Position numbers and translations under genes: made by a program
The notes under the pieces: generated by a model
What the model was told of the DNA's origin: nothing
The model's input: the letters and a program-made list of their open reading frames with translations, nothing else
Database searches by the model: none
In this document: in pieces, positions 12,103 through 24,258 of the stretch
How the letters are laid out: each line of letters begins with the position of its first letter
How positions within the stretch are numbered: the stretch's first letter is position 1
Assembly: GCA_012295275.1 (NCBI GenBank)
Contig: CM022673.1
Span: 28,892,001-28,956,000 of the forward strand
Reading direction: 5' to 3'
Length of the DNA: 64,000 nucleotides
Source of the DNA: Chrysomallon squamiferum
Taxonomy: Eukaryota > Animalia > Mollusca

Positions 12103-14606
12103 AGAAAATGATACTGTGGTAATTATCCTTCGTCTATAAAAGTTTCGTTTGTGCCACGTGACTAGATGCTAACTAGACGTCTGGTTAAAACTGTTAGGTG
12201 GAGTGCCAGTTGTAGTATTAATAAAATGATTGTTGTTGTTGTTGTCACCGGTTGATTAATTAAATACAATTATTATGAATGTAGATCCGTCCATTATACA
12301 CCAGAGTGCACTGAATACCGTGGGAATGTCGTAAGCCTTGTAGTTAGAATGCTTTGCCCGTTTCAACAGAGAAACATGGCGGCAAAATGCATGTCCTAAA
12401 TTCTGTCAAGTCGCAAGAAAGCTAATCAAACGTTCAAAAAAAAAAGAAAATCTATAATAAACTACACTGATATTACTGTTGTTCTTTTCTTGTCATTTTT
12501 TTTTTTTTTTTTTTTTTTGTTCTCTTGTTCTTCTTCTTCTTCTAATTTGGATTTTAAATGATTATATTCCAGGAAGACGTATGCTTAAGTCAAAGTTACC
12601 AAACTGGCATTTTCCCTGTTATTTAGTGAAGACTTCAGTCTAGATAAATACTTTTAGTGAAATTCTGATCTCATTACATTTCTGTTAAATATACATGCTG
12701 CACGCATTATTCATACGTTTTATTTTAATTGCATTAATTAACCAACTAACTTTTTTTTTTTTTTTTTTTTTTTTTAAAGGAAACATCGAAATACCGTACA
12801 GGTTTGTATATGTAACAAGTATTAACAATATTATTATAGTCAAAAACAACAGCAGAAACAAACAATAAACAAAACAAAAAACGCAACATATAGCTTCTCT
12901 TTATATATATATTTATTACATCTGTGTGTGTGTGTGTGAACGGGGTGGGTGGGTTGTTGGGGTGTATGCCTGCGTATTGTGTGTGTGAAAGACTAGTGGC
13001 GGAGGTAGGATATTGATACATTACAAAGAATAAATAAAATGAAAAGGTGTTGAGCTGACCAATGGAAAACGTTAACAACACTAAGGGTACTTCCCCGAGA
13101 ATTGTTCGTGCTTCAGTGTAGTTTCCTCCTTTGATTTTATTTAATTTTTTTTTTTTTTTTTTTTGATAACACATTCGGAACAGATACCTCTGTATGGAAG
13201 TATTACCTCTCTTTTTATCTCCGGCATGAAATAATTTAGGTCAAGGTCATAATATTTCAGTACAGTTGTCTTGTAAATCTTTTCTTTCTTTATTCGTTTT
13301 GTCTGTGTGGGTGTTTTGTGTTCACGCTGGTCGAGTTTCTTTTCTTTTGCGTGAATGGGTGACCGTTATGATGTTTTGTATACAACTATTCTTGCGCTGT
13401 TGTGGTTATCAGTCACCTTTATCTTATTTTGCTGAACTGTGGTCGGTAGCTGGGTCAGAAGGTTGCTGATCATATTTTTGGAAGTATTCCGATTTCTTCC
13501 ATCACCTGTTGAATAATAAACGTCACTGTAACAACAGATAAAACAGTTAGTTTTGATTTATTGATCTGGAGTTATGACCCTTGTGTACATGGTTCATGAT
13601 GTGTGGGGTTTTTTGTTGATTTTTTTTTTTTTTTTTTTTCCTTTAGTCTATTTTCAGATGTATGAATGATAAGAATTTTATTTATTTGATAACTATTTAT
13701 TTAGGTTGAATATTACTGATGTTGTTTGGTCAAGTTAATAAAATTTCTATTATACTGAGGTTGTTAAATGCATTTTTGAAGAAATTTCGTTATCACGAAA
13801 TTTGTGAAATACAGTTATTATTTCAAGTAAAAAAAAAAAAAAAAATTAAAATATTCATATATGTTTGGATCTTCAATTTCATAATATCTCATATCCACAA
13901 TCTCTTTGAAGTTAACTGTTAATTTCTAATGGTAATCGGGCAAGATCAAGCTAGCACGGGACTTTTGTTGCATACGTCATAAAGGGACGTAACATTATTT
14001 TTAAAAATACACATAGACATTAAATTATTTACGTGCGTAATATAATTATACAGTGTTTTTTTTTTTTTTTTTTTTTTTCCCCAATTATTCCAGGGTAATA
14101 CGATAAATAATTGAAACTCCAGTGACATTATTATTACTTGTATGTTTCAAAACTAAAATGGTAAAAGTCATATTTTCTACATTTTTAGCATAAGCAGATA
14201 TCGAAAAGTTTTATTTTACACAGATGGTTAATTCCAGTGTTAATTAGAGAGAGAGTATTAACTTGTTGTTTTGCTTCTTTTCTTCTTTTTTTTAACCCAA
14301 AGAGCATGGTCCGTCGAAAACACGTAGCCCATAATATATGCTAAAAGGTTAATCCGTCCTTGAAAGATAAATATTATTGAGCATGCGCAGCTAAGTGGTT
14401 CGTAAATAGACCGGAATTTAAAAGAAATTAGTCCACCTACCCCAACTGAACCCAAAGTCGCTCGAGTCTAGGTCTGCTAAGGTTAATAAACGCTTTGTTA
14501 TACTCTATAATGAGAAATTTATCAGTTAAATGCCAAATAGATTTGCAGTCACATTACGATATACACACATACCCATACCGCTAAAAAATAAAATAAAGCA
14601 TACGAC

Positions 14607-14647
<41 letters not shown>

Positions 14648-16791
14648 GAAACAACCAAAATCAAAGAACGCTTTAATGATTAAGCTGAATTTATAAACAA
14701 AAAGAATGAAGAAATGATGATAATAATGATAATGATAATATAATAGTAGTAATAGTAGTAGTAGTAATAATAATAATAGTAACAGTGGTAATAGTAGTAG
14801 TAGTAATAATAATGAGGATGATGATAACAACAACAACAACATTAATAATAGCAATATAGTAGTAGTAGTAATAACAACAAGAAAAAGAATATATTAACAA
14901 AACAAACAAACAAACAAAAAAACGGTTACTGGTTATTTAGATGAAAAACAAAATGGTTGCATGAAATATTTCATTCCAGAATGTGGTTACCGAAATTTGA
15001 AAAGCAGAATCTAAATGAATTACTTTTTTGTGTGTGTGTCATTCTGATTCACAGATAAGTTTTTTTTCTCTCTCTCTTATATATATTTTTTTTCCCATGG
15101 TGATAATGAACTGTCAGATTTTGTCTTACGTTTTGAAGATTTGTAATTCTAAGCGTTAGGTGTTAATATTAACAAAAACGTTTACAGACTGGTCGCTAGA
15201 TTGATCCACTCGATTATCTGCTGTCTCGATTCCCAAGACGATCCTTCACTGATTAAGCAAAGGCCGGGATATAAGATGACATTTTATGGCAGGAAAATTC
15301 GTAAATAATGAATTCAAATAAATCTTTATCTCAGGCTCAAAAAACATTGTTTTATACTTCCTGTTTTTTTAACAAATTTCAAGCTCTTCTTCACAATTAT
15401 TTTTGTGCATTTTGGTTACCAATAGAACATTAAAGATATCCTGTCCCCAACTGTCAAACTATTAAACCAGAACACCAAAGACAATACTAATAAACGCTAT
15501 TAAACACCAGTGGTGTAAATAAGTATTATTCAGAGCGCCCGTTTTGAACTTCCCGTTTCTGATTTTCGAACGATTTATTTATTCTCTGTTTGAAATTCTG
15601 TATGGATGGAATATCTGAAGTTTTATCTTTTTGTGTGTATGACATGAATATTATCGCTTGTTATGAATGTTATGAGAGATAAAAAAAAAAGATAAAACAA
15701 ATTAATTTCAATCGTAAGTACCTTAACGTAACGGCCATCTCATTAGGGTTCTACGATCGTGAACTGCGAACATGAATACGTTGATATTTCCGGGGTTAAC
15801 TCTATCATATTTCTTCACACAGACAAACGACAAAACAAAAGTTCAGTCAGTACCTTTGCTTCATTTGCATACCAATATATATATCTATATTGTTTCTCGA
15901 AAATGGTAGAAAACCTAAAAGAAAAACTTTGGTAAACTCTACTGAATATTTCCAAGCAGTAAAGCTCTATCAAAAAGATGCAGTGACAAAGAGGAATATT
16001 TTATCTTTTAAAAACAGCAGAAGTGAATTGAAGTTGTGCATTTTCAAAGATTTTTTTATTGTAACTTTTTTTTTTTTTTCTAGCGCAATAAATGATTTTA
16101 CCAACGTAAATAGCTGCAGACGTATGAAAGAATTACAGTGTATATTTGCAAAACATAAAACAAAGTGTGATACATTTCAAAACAAGCCTCGTCAGAAACA
16201 GCCTCACGTCAAAATGGGCCTTGAAAATCGAGATTTATTAAACGTGATAATTGTTTGTGAATGGCAGCAAAAAAAAAAAAAAATAATAATAAAAAAATAA
16301 AAAAAAAAACAAAAAATAAAAATAAAACATCATTACTTTGAAACTAGTTGACCGACAACTTTAAATTCCCCCCCATAAATCAGGGGGAAAAAAAACCCCC
16401 CCCAAAAAAGCTACAATTATGGTTAAGAGTCAATCTTCCAAAATGAAAATTACTTATACAATTGGGAGTGATTTTTATTTTATCCAGTCAAATGGTTTTG
16501 CCTCTTAAATCAGTTGGTTAAGACATGCAATCCAGATCATCTGCTTTATGCAGGTAGGAATGTACAGCAATGTTTTTGATTATCTCTTAACTGTTATTTA
16601 TGTCATGATTACTTGTGATTATTATCTTTTTCTCTTTGCAGAAATTATAAATATAATTAGTGAAAGTTACCCATCGTGTAATCATGGTGCATTTATTATT
16701 ACAAATTAAATAAATTTTATAACGAATGTATGATAACCAAACGTAATTTAAAACAAGTAGAAACAAAAAATAAAATAATAATAATAAATAA

Positions 16792-16844
<53 letters not shown>

Positions 16845-17045
16845 AAAAGCAAAAAGATAACAAACAACAAATTGAACACTTCTGTTTTTCCAATTTATTA
16901 TGGAATGGAAAATTATTAGTATTTTTTTTCAATTTTTTTTTTTTTTTTTAAATGCCATAATGTGTCAACACAAAATCAACAAAAAAACCCCACCATTAAC
17001 TCACATCTCAGTCATCAATCGAATCAATTTTCAAACGAAATAAAA

Positions 17046-17800
17046 TCACGTAGGCAGATCTTCAGTCATTTTTGACAGATCGTCTTCAAGTTCGACAACA
17101 TTCTTCTCAGTTTCTTCCGTAACGTCTTTTTTCCTCTCTTTTTCCTTTTTGTACTTTTCTTCTTCGTGGTTCATTGTTGCCTCCATGACAAGGATTTCTA
17201 ACTGTTGCAGCTTTTTCTCAGACGCAGCTGACAGCTCTCTCACTTGGTTGATCTGGACTTTGGCGCTCTGCAGTCTTTCTGCAGAACAAATGGCAGAATA
17301 CTCGGAACCTGGAACCGTCAGAAGAGAACTTGTAAACTATTATTACTTCAGAAAAATAATCAATAACAGATTGAAACAAAATACACGTCAGTTTGGTTTT
17401 CATTACTGGTGAAAAAGCTGTGATTATAAGAATTGGCTGTGAAATAAATGTGATATACATACATACATATGTGTGTGTGTGTGAGCACGCGTGTGTGTAT
17501 GAGGGTGTAATTAAATTCCAAATTCTGAGAGAGGTTTTTGTAATGGAAAATAAATTTCCATATATTTTGTGACATTTTGGTTAAATCATTTTTATTTTCT
17601 TCAAAGTCTAAATATAAGTGAACTAAATAAACTGACAATATGTAAAAAAAAAATCATTTTAAACATGGTTGTCTTCAAAATCATCAAACTTTCTAACACC
17701 ATTTTCACTTTAGAGACAACAGTATCTAAATTCAAATTAAAAAGAAAAAAAGATAATCTCATATACAAATGCACACAATCTCTTTTTATTTCCTATAGAC

Positions 17801-17842
<42 letters not shown>

Positions 17843-20800
17843 ATGTTCTAACCTATCAAATCATATATTTACCTCTCAATTTGCAATAAAAAATGTATAT
17901 TTAACAAAAAGTGTGACAATGCAAATATGTAATCGCAAATACAAGAAAAATAAAAACTTGTGATAACCTGCAATGAAGGCAACTTCACCTGCATCATGAA
18001 CAAGTTTCTCCACACTATTCAGTAACAGATCTAGTTCCTGTGAAAAGAAAAGATTCTCTCTAACTACTTATATCAGTACATTTCATATATTAACTGATAA
18101 GTGTCTTCTCAACCTAACCATGTTATCACAACAGTCATCTATGGTGCACTTTTCAAACAACAACAACAACAGTAATAACATAACATTATAATTTATTTAT
18201 TAGTGTTACAGTACAGAAATAACTATTAAAAAAATTAATATTTTTGTCCTATTTTAGAAAATGTATTAAAATAATAATAATAATATTTTCTGAAACTTAG
18301 GTTTAATTTTTATCTCAAAATATAATAAAATAAATAAAAGTAAAATGAAAACTTTACGTAAGCCAATTATATACTACATGAATTTTATGAAGAATGAACT
18401 AGCAGTTTAGTGTGTAACTTGCCTGTTTTCTGTGCTTCGCTGTATTCAGTTTGGCCCGCGCTGCAAGAATGACGTCCCACACTCGATTTTCTTCTGTCTC
18501 ATTGCCTATCACTGTCAGCTGATATTCTAGAAGTTCTGACAGCAGATCTGCAGACTGCAAGGAAGAAAAAGAAGAAATAGTTTTCTTTCTGTATTTGTTA
18601 AAATTTATTTTCAGCTCATGTAGCAGCATAGGTTTGGATTTCTCATGTATCTGAAAGGAATATTCTGCTAATGATGTGAATGAGCAAAACAAACACACAC
18701 ACACACACACACACACATAGACACACACACACATACATCATAAACACTTCTGAAGCAGTTGCAGGAATCAGAAATAACCACATTATGTCAATGGATATTC
18801 AGAAATACAACTGATCTAACCACTGAACTACAACCTAATCTAGCCACTGAACTACAGCCTACTGTAACCACTGAACTGCAACCTAATCTAACCACTGAAC
18901 TACAACCTACTCTGACCACTGAACTACAACCTACTCTAACCACTGAACTACAACCTACTCTAACCACTGAACTACAACCTACTCTAACCACTGAACTACA
19001 ACCTAATCCAACCACTGAACTACAACCTAATCTACTGGAATTTTAAAAATAAATTTTATTTACCAATATACTGACAAAGTATATATTATTTTCATGGCAT
19101 AATTATATTTCTAAATTATTATTCATTCTAATTGTGAAAATGTCACACATTATTTATGGGCAGCAAAAACATTTCCAATTCACAATTTTTTTTTTTTTAA
19201 TTTTTAATTCAAAGTCAAGAGATGAGTTTGTATGTTGAAATACACACTTTTCAAATTGATATAACAACAATACTTCCGGTATTTGTCGAGTACTCATGGA
19301 GACAAAAAAAACATTAAGTAAACTTACCACACTCATATTAATGGTTAACATTATCTTAAACAAGTATGTCAGATTACATATATATTGTTAGTAAGTATAT
19401 CATCATTGTTCTATAAAATTTAAAAAAAAGAAAGAAGAAAAAGAAGAAAACATAGTTTAAATTTTAGTAAGAAAATTAATATAAATTAGGTTCAGTTTAA
19501 ATAAATAAATAAATAAAAAATGTTTTTTTTTTTTTTTAAATTTATATATAATTTTTCCTAAGATTACAAATCAGAATTTCACAAGATAATGTTTTGCATT
19601 CATAGACAGCGTAATAAATCTTATGCTTCCATTATTCCTTGTTTGCATAATTGTTAAGATTTCCTCATGTGTAATACTGAAATAATAAAAAAACCAAAAA
19701 AAAAACCCAATTAAAAACAGAAGGAAAAAAACAAGACAATAAATTTTGAAAAAATATACTTACATCCTCAAATAAAATAATAAAAATAATACATCTACAT
19801 CCAAAATAAAAACAGAAAACCTATCTATATAACTATTTTTCCTTTTATTAATACTGCTTATGATTATGTATAACCAGTTTTCATTTTATTACAAAATATA
19901 TATATATATATGAAAAAATAATAATAATAAAATAAAATAAAATAAAGAGTACATGTGTATTATTTTTTACACCCTCCTTTCACACACTGATATAATATTA
20001 AAAATCAAAAACAAATAAATATTTCGACATAGATAATTTAGTATATAAACCTGCTTTTGTTAGAACAATCAGGCTTAACAAACAGTTTAATCATTATCAA
20101 TTATGACATTTTTAAATATCAAAACAGAATACATAATAAATTAATTTAATGTGACCCCTTGATGTTTTCAAGAGGTCGTACAGATAAAGCTATGCATAAA
20201 CAATAACAACTGATGTTGGTTTTTTAATAGTAGTCAACACTCTGTTTTTTTTAACAAGTAAAATCAGTGTTGTTTATTTTGTTCTCTTTCATGAGAATAA
20301 TCTTCCTAGCAACATAAAAATTAATTTAACTTCGTGATATTATCAAGAGGTTGTATAGAAAGAGCCTAAATATAAATACTAATAGTTGTTGATACTGGTT
20401 TCAGTAGTCATTTGATAAAACAGCATGATAATACGTTGACCCTCTTTTTAGTCTGCCACTCAGTAACTCCATAGGCTGAGAATTTAATTTAATACTTGCT
20501 GTACACAACAAGGAACTGCTTTGTTTTCAGTACATGAAGTGTGAATTGAGGAAAATGGGGTAATCTATTTAGTTAGTTATTGAAGATTTGCATGTGGGGT
20601 AAAATCGTGATGATTTTAAAATGCTTACATTGTTTTAAGGTTTTTTCTTTGTGTGTGGGTGTGGGTGTGTGTGTGTGTGTGTGTGTATGTGTGTGTGTTG
20701 TTCAGTATGTTTATATGTGTGAGTGTGTATGTGTTTTTCAGTGTGTGTTTATGTGTGTTGTATGTGTGTATGTATGTGTATGTATATTTGTGTGTGTGTG

Positions 20801-21326
20801 TATGTGTTTTTCAGTGTGTGTTTTATATGTGTGTATGTGTGTTGTATGTGTGTATGTATTTGTGTGTGTGTGTGTATGTGTTTGTATGTGTGTTTGTTGT
20901 ATCTGTTTGTCTGTTTAGTATGGTTTTGTCTGAGTGTATGCATGGTGTAATATGTTTGGTGTGGTGCATTTTAAGTTTGATATGTGTTGAATATACATGT
21001 ATTGTGTGTGTGTGCGTGTGAATGTGTGTGCCTATCTGTGTGTGTGTGTGTGTGTCTGTGTGAGTGTTTTTTAATTAGAAAATGACCACTCCTAAACACA
21101 CCAAATTTCAAAAGATCTGTTAGCTCTACTGACTATACTTAGTCAAATACAACACGAAGAAGTTACTGGAATACAAGATTTTTCATTGGAGGTGCTGGAG
21201 AGGATCGATCCTATAAGCCACTACACCTCAGTCTGAACTTAATACATTCAGCCACACCATGCCCCATTTGCATTGGAGAATGTTACGTCTTTTCCCAAGT
21301 TTAGCAGCAGCAGGCCAGGAGGTATT

Positions 21327-21363
<37 letters not shown>

Positions 21364-21512
21364 CACTTACTTCTTTGAAGACGGCTTCTATCTCAAGGAT
21401 TGCCAAAGCGGTCTGTGTGATTAGAGTCGTTACACTGTCGATGGTCTGTGATGCTGATGTCTTTATCAAATAACTGTGCGTTAGTTTGCTTGGGTCTGGT
21501 GGCTTTAATTAA

Positions 21513-21576
<64 letters not shown>

Positions 21577-22603
21577 AACAAACAAACAAACAAACAATAA
21601 AAAAAATTTAAAAATACCAAAATGCTATTTTTAATACACATTTGTAGTTGAAAATTTTCAGAAAAACATTAATAAATCATGTAAGTTAATACTGAAAAAC
21701 TACTTCTAAAGAAATATTTTAAGCTTACATATGTTTGTAGAAAATTAATCGATGAATGAGAAAATAATTTGCAAAAAAAAATTATTATTTAAACATTTGT
21801 TTCATCAGGAACTGAGTTGACATTTCATAAATTGCAAGAATATTTAAAAAAAAATGAAATGTGCTATTTTAAAATTAATTTTTAAATGCAGTTACAGAAA
21901 TAATGAAAAGAAAAACAAAAAATGAAAAAAAGTTAAATTTAAAGTATGAAAAAACAGATGTCCCCTCTAAGCTAAAAACTCACTGTATTGGGGCCAACAC
22001 ATCAATTTTGCCTCTAATTTCAATGTACAAAATATGATTCAAATAGAGCAAATTTATATTTAAAGTTTATTATAAATATTAATAAAACACTAAACACAAA
22101 AGTACTTTTTAGATTTTAAATTTAAACAGTGCTGGTTAAGCTGAACAAAAATTTGAATGTCACACACTACTTTTGAAATTAAAATATTTTTGTTCACATT
22201 TTGTCAAAGCATTCACTGGTTTGAAGGGAATGTTGCTTACAGTCAGTTCAGAGTTATTCCCCTTCACGTATAAATTATTTACATCTAGCACGAATTGTAA
22301 ATAATCTGAAACTTGGAGAATAAATTCGAACACATAAACACTCTAATAACAGTTTAGATTTGCATGTCAAGAGAAATAATACATTTTTAAATTATAGTAA
22401 ACTTTTTGTGTGTGTGGTTTTTTTTTTAATATGCGTGCACTTGTTAAGTGAAAATAAATTTTAATCATCTATACATTGTCAGATGTACTAAGATTATATT
22501 TTATAAAATACTGAAAGAATATTAAATAAAACTGGTGTCTAATCAATATCACATTTAAACAAACAAACAAACAAACAACAACAACAAAACAACAAAACAA
22601 AAA

Positions 22604-22636
<33 letters not shown>

Positions 22637-22730
22637 CTCTTTAAACTACGACATTAATTTTTAATCATTGGGAAAATGTTTATGTTTGTATTTCTATGTT
22701 ATGTACAAACATGTTGAACTGATGTAGACA

Positions 22731-22812
<82 letters not shown>

Positions 22813-23145
22813 TAAATAATCTTTACAATAAATGAATAGTGAACGTAATTTAATTTTGGTCGCATCTTTAACAATGGAGAACTTAAAGCTAACGTCTCTG
22901 ATAGTGCAACATCATTCTCTTGTTATTGTTCTTGAAGGAAATTTAACTTGGGCTTAAGTCAAGGTTACCTTTAGTTTAGTCGTGACATTTTCTGTTTTGT
23001 TGGCAGCAAAAACAGTTAACAACGTGACAGGTGCAATTGGTTTAGGCTTTATATTTGTACACTTAATGAAATACGTTCTGCAATTTTGACAGAAACTAAG
23101 CGAACGAAAGAGCCTGTAATATTTACTAAGCATGGGGGCTGACAT
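17046..23145 (-). CDS. DIABLO: Smac/DIABLO homolog, mitochondrial, ~257 aa, 5 exons
   Basis: Exons 23145-22969 (basic/hydroxylated presequence MSAPMLSKYYRLFRSLSF...), 21502-21371 (LTHSYLIKTSASQTIDSVTTLITQTALAILE), 18554-18423 (EENRVWDVILAARAKL), 18037-17968 (AGEVAFIAG) and 17308-17046 (AKVQINQVRELSAASEKKL). These are colinear with human Smac segments [56 protein letters not shown] and QVEEVHQLSRKAETKL, recalled from memory. Phases are consistent; intron 3 is GC-AG. Confidence 0.9.
18812..19036. repeat. 24-bp minisatellite (~9 copies) in DIABLO intron 2
   Basis: Unit CTAACCACTGAACTACAACCTA(C/A)T repeated in tandem. Confidence 0.95.
20650..21066. repeat. Degenerate (TG)n-rich microsatellite tract
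   Basis: Directly visible. Confidence 0.9.
21165..21265 (-). mobile_element. tRNA-derived SINE head fragment
   Basis: Minus strand reads GGGGCATGGTGTGGCTGAATG (A-box-like) ... AGGATCGATCCTC (B-box-like). A related copy lies at ~8.45 kb. Confidence 0.45.
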
Positions 23146-23576
23146 TTTTATTTTGTTCTTTTTGTATTTTCGACCCGAAGAAATAAGCACCATTAAATTA
23201 CTGTATCTCTCTTTCTCTCCTTCCTTTTGTGCTTCTATTTCTCTCAGTTTGTATCTGCCAGTCTATCCATCGCTCATCATTTGTATTGAGCTGTGATATG
23301 TCTGTCCAAATCTTTTCAATAACAAACAGGAGCGGCAAAGGAAAACAACCCTTACGATGTATTACCAGCGTGTATATTAACCCGTATCAAATTTAATAGT
23401 ATCCAGCAGTATATTTTTAATACGCATACTGTTGAGTATTGTTATTATTTGATGTGTGTCTAATGAACCGCATCATTATCAACAACAATTTTTTTTTTTT
23501 TTTTTGGTTTTATATAATTCATATTATCCACGCTAAAGATAAAATAAGAAAGGAATTTACCACTAACCAATTAAAT
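23146..23576. promoter_or_regulatory. Putative bidirectional promoter between DIABLO and PCYOX1
   Basis: The two start codons diverge with only 431 bp between them. Confidence 0.7.
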
Positions 23577-24221
23577 ATGGCAGCGTACAGAACGTATTTA
23601 TCGTCTTCATATGTTATAGCTGTCATACTGCTTAGTGCATTTTCAATTGAAGTTCTTTCATCTGAAGAAGAAGAAGTTCCAAGAATAGGTATATACTATA
23701 TAGCAATCTGAAGTATCTGGAAAATGCCTTTTTGACAGGCACAACAATGCAGATCTTTCTGTCAGCATGATCATGATGATGATGACCATAGTTCATACTG
23801 ATAGTGATACTCATAATGATACTCATAGTCAGTAGTGATATGAAATACCATAACACAGGGAAATAGAAAAAGAACCTGATAAAGTAATACGTATACTAGT
23901 AAGCTTAGTAATACTAATAGTACTACGAATTTTAACCACACTGAAATATAAATTTGAAATAACATGAACTGAAACATTGTGTCTGTAGTCTTTTAATTTT
24001 CAGTTTAAAAATAAAATAAAATATTTAATTAAGAAATAAATAAATACTAAAAACGGAGGTATAGAGAGAATTATAATTAATAATAGACCACCAAAATATG
24101 TTAATTATCAAATCTAAAACAATATACTGTATACATACTTTTGAAATGAACAAATAATGTAAATTTATTATTAGAAGTAAAGAAATGGAATAAATGAATG
24201 TGTGATCTATTGTGTGTAAAA

Positions 24222-24258
<37 letters not shown>

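Noticed and set aside
13187-13507. Possible minus-strand exon (acceptor near 13508, ~60 open codons)
   Set aside because: No recognisable homology, DIABLO already terminates at 17046, and the region carries AGGTCAAGGTCA/TGACCCTTG words suggestive of a repeat relic.
18812-19036. CRISPR-like array or mucin gene
   Set aside because: Units are directly tandem with no unique spacers; it lies in a eukaryotic intron with no splice or start context.
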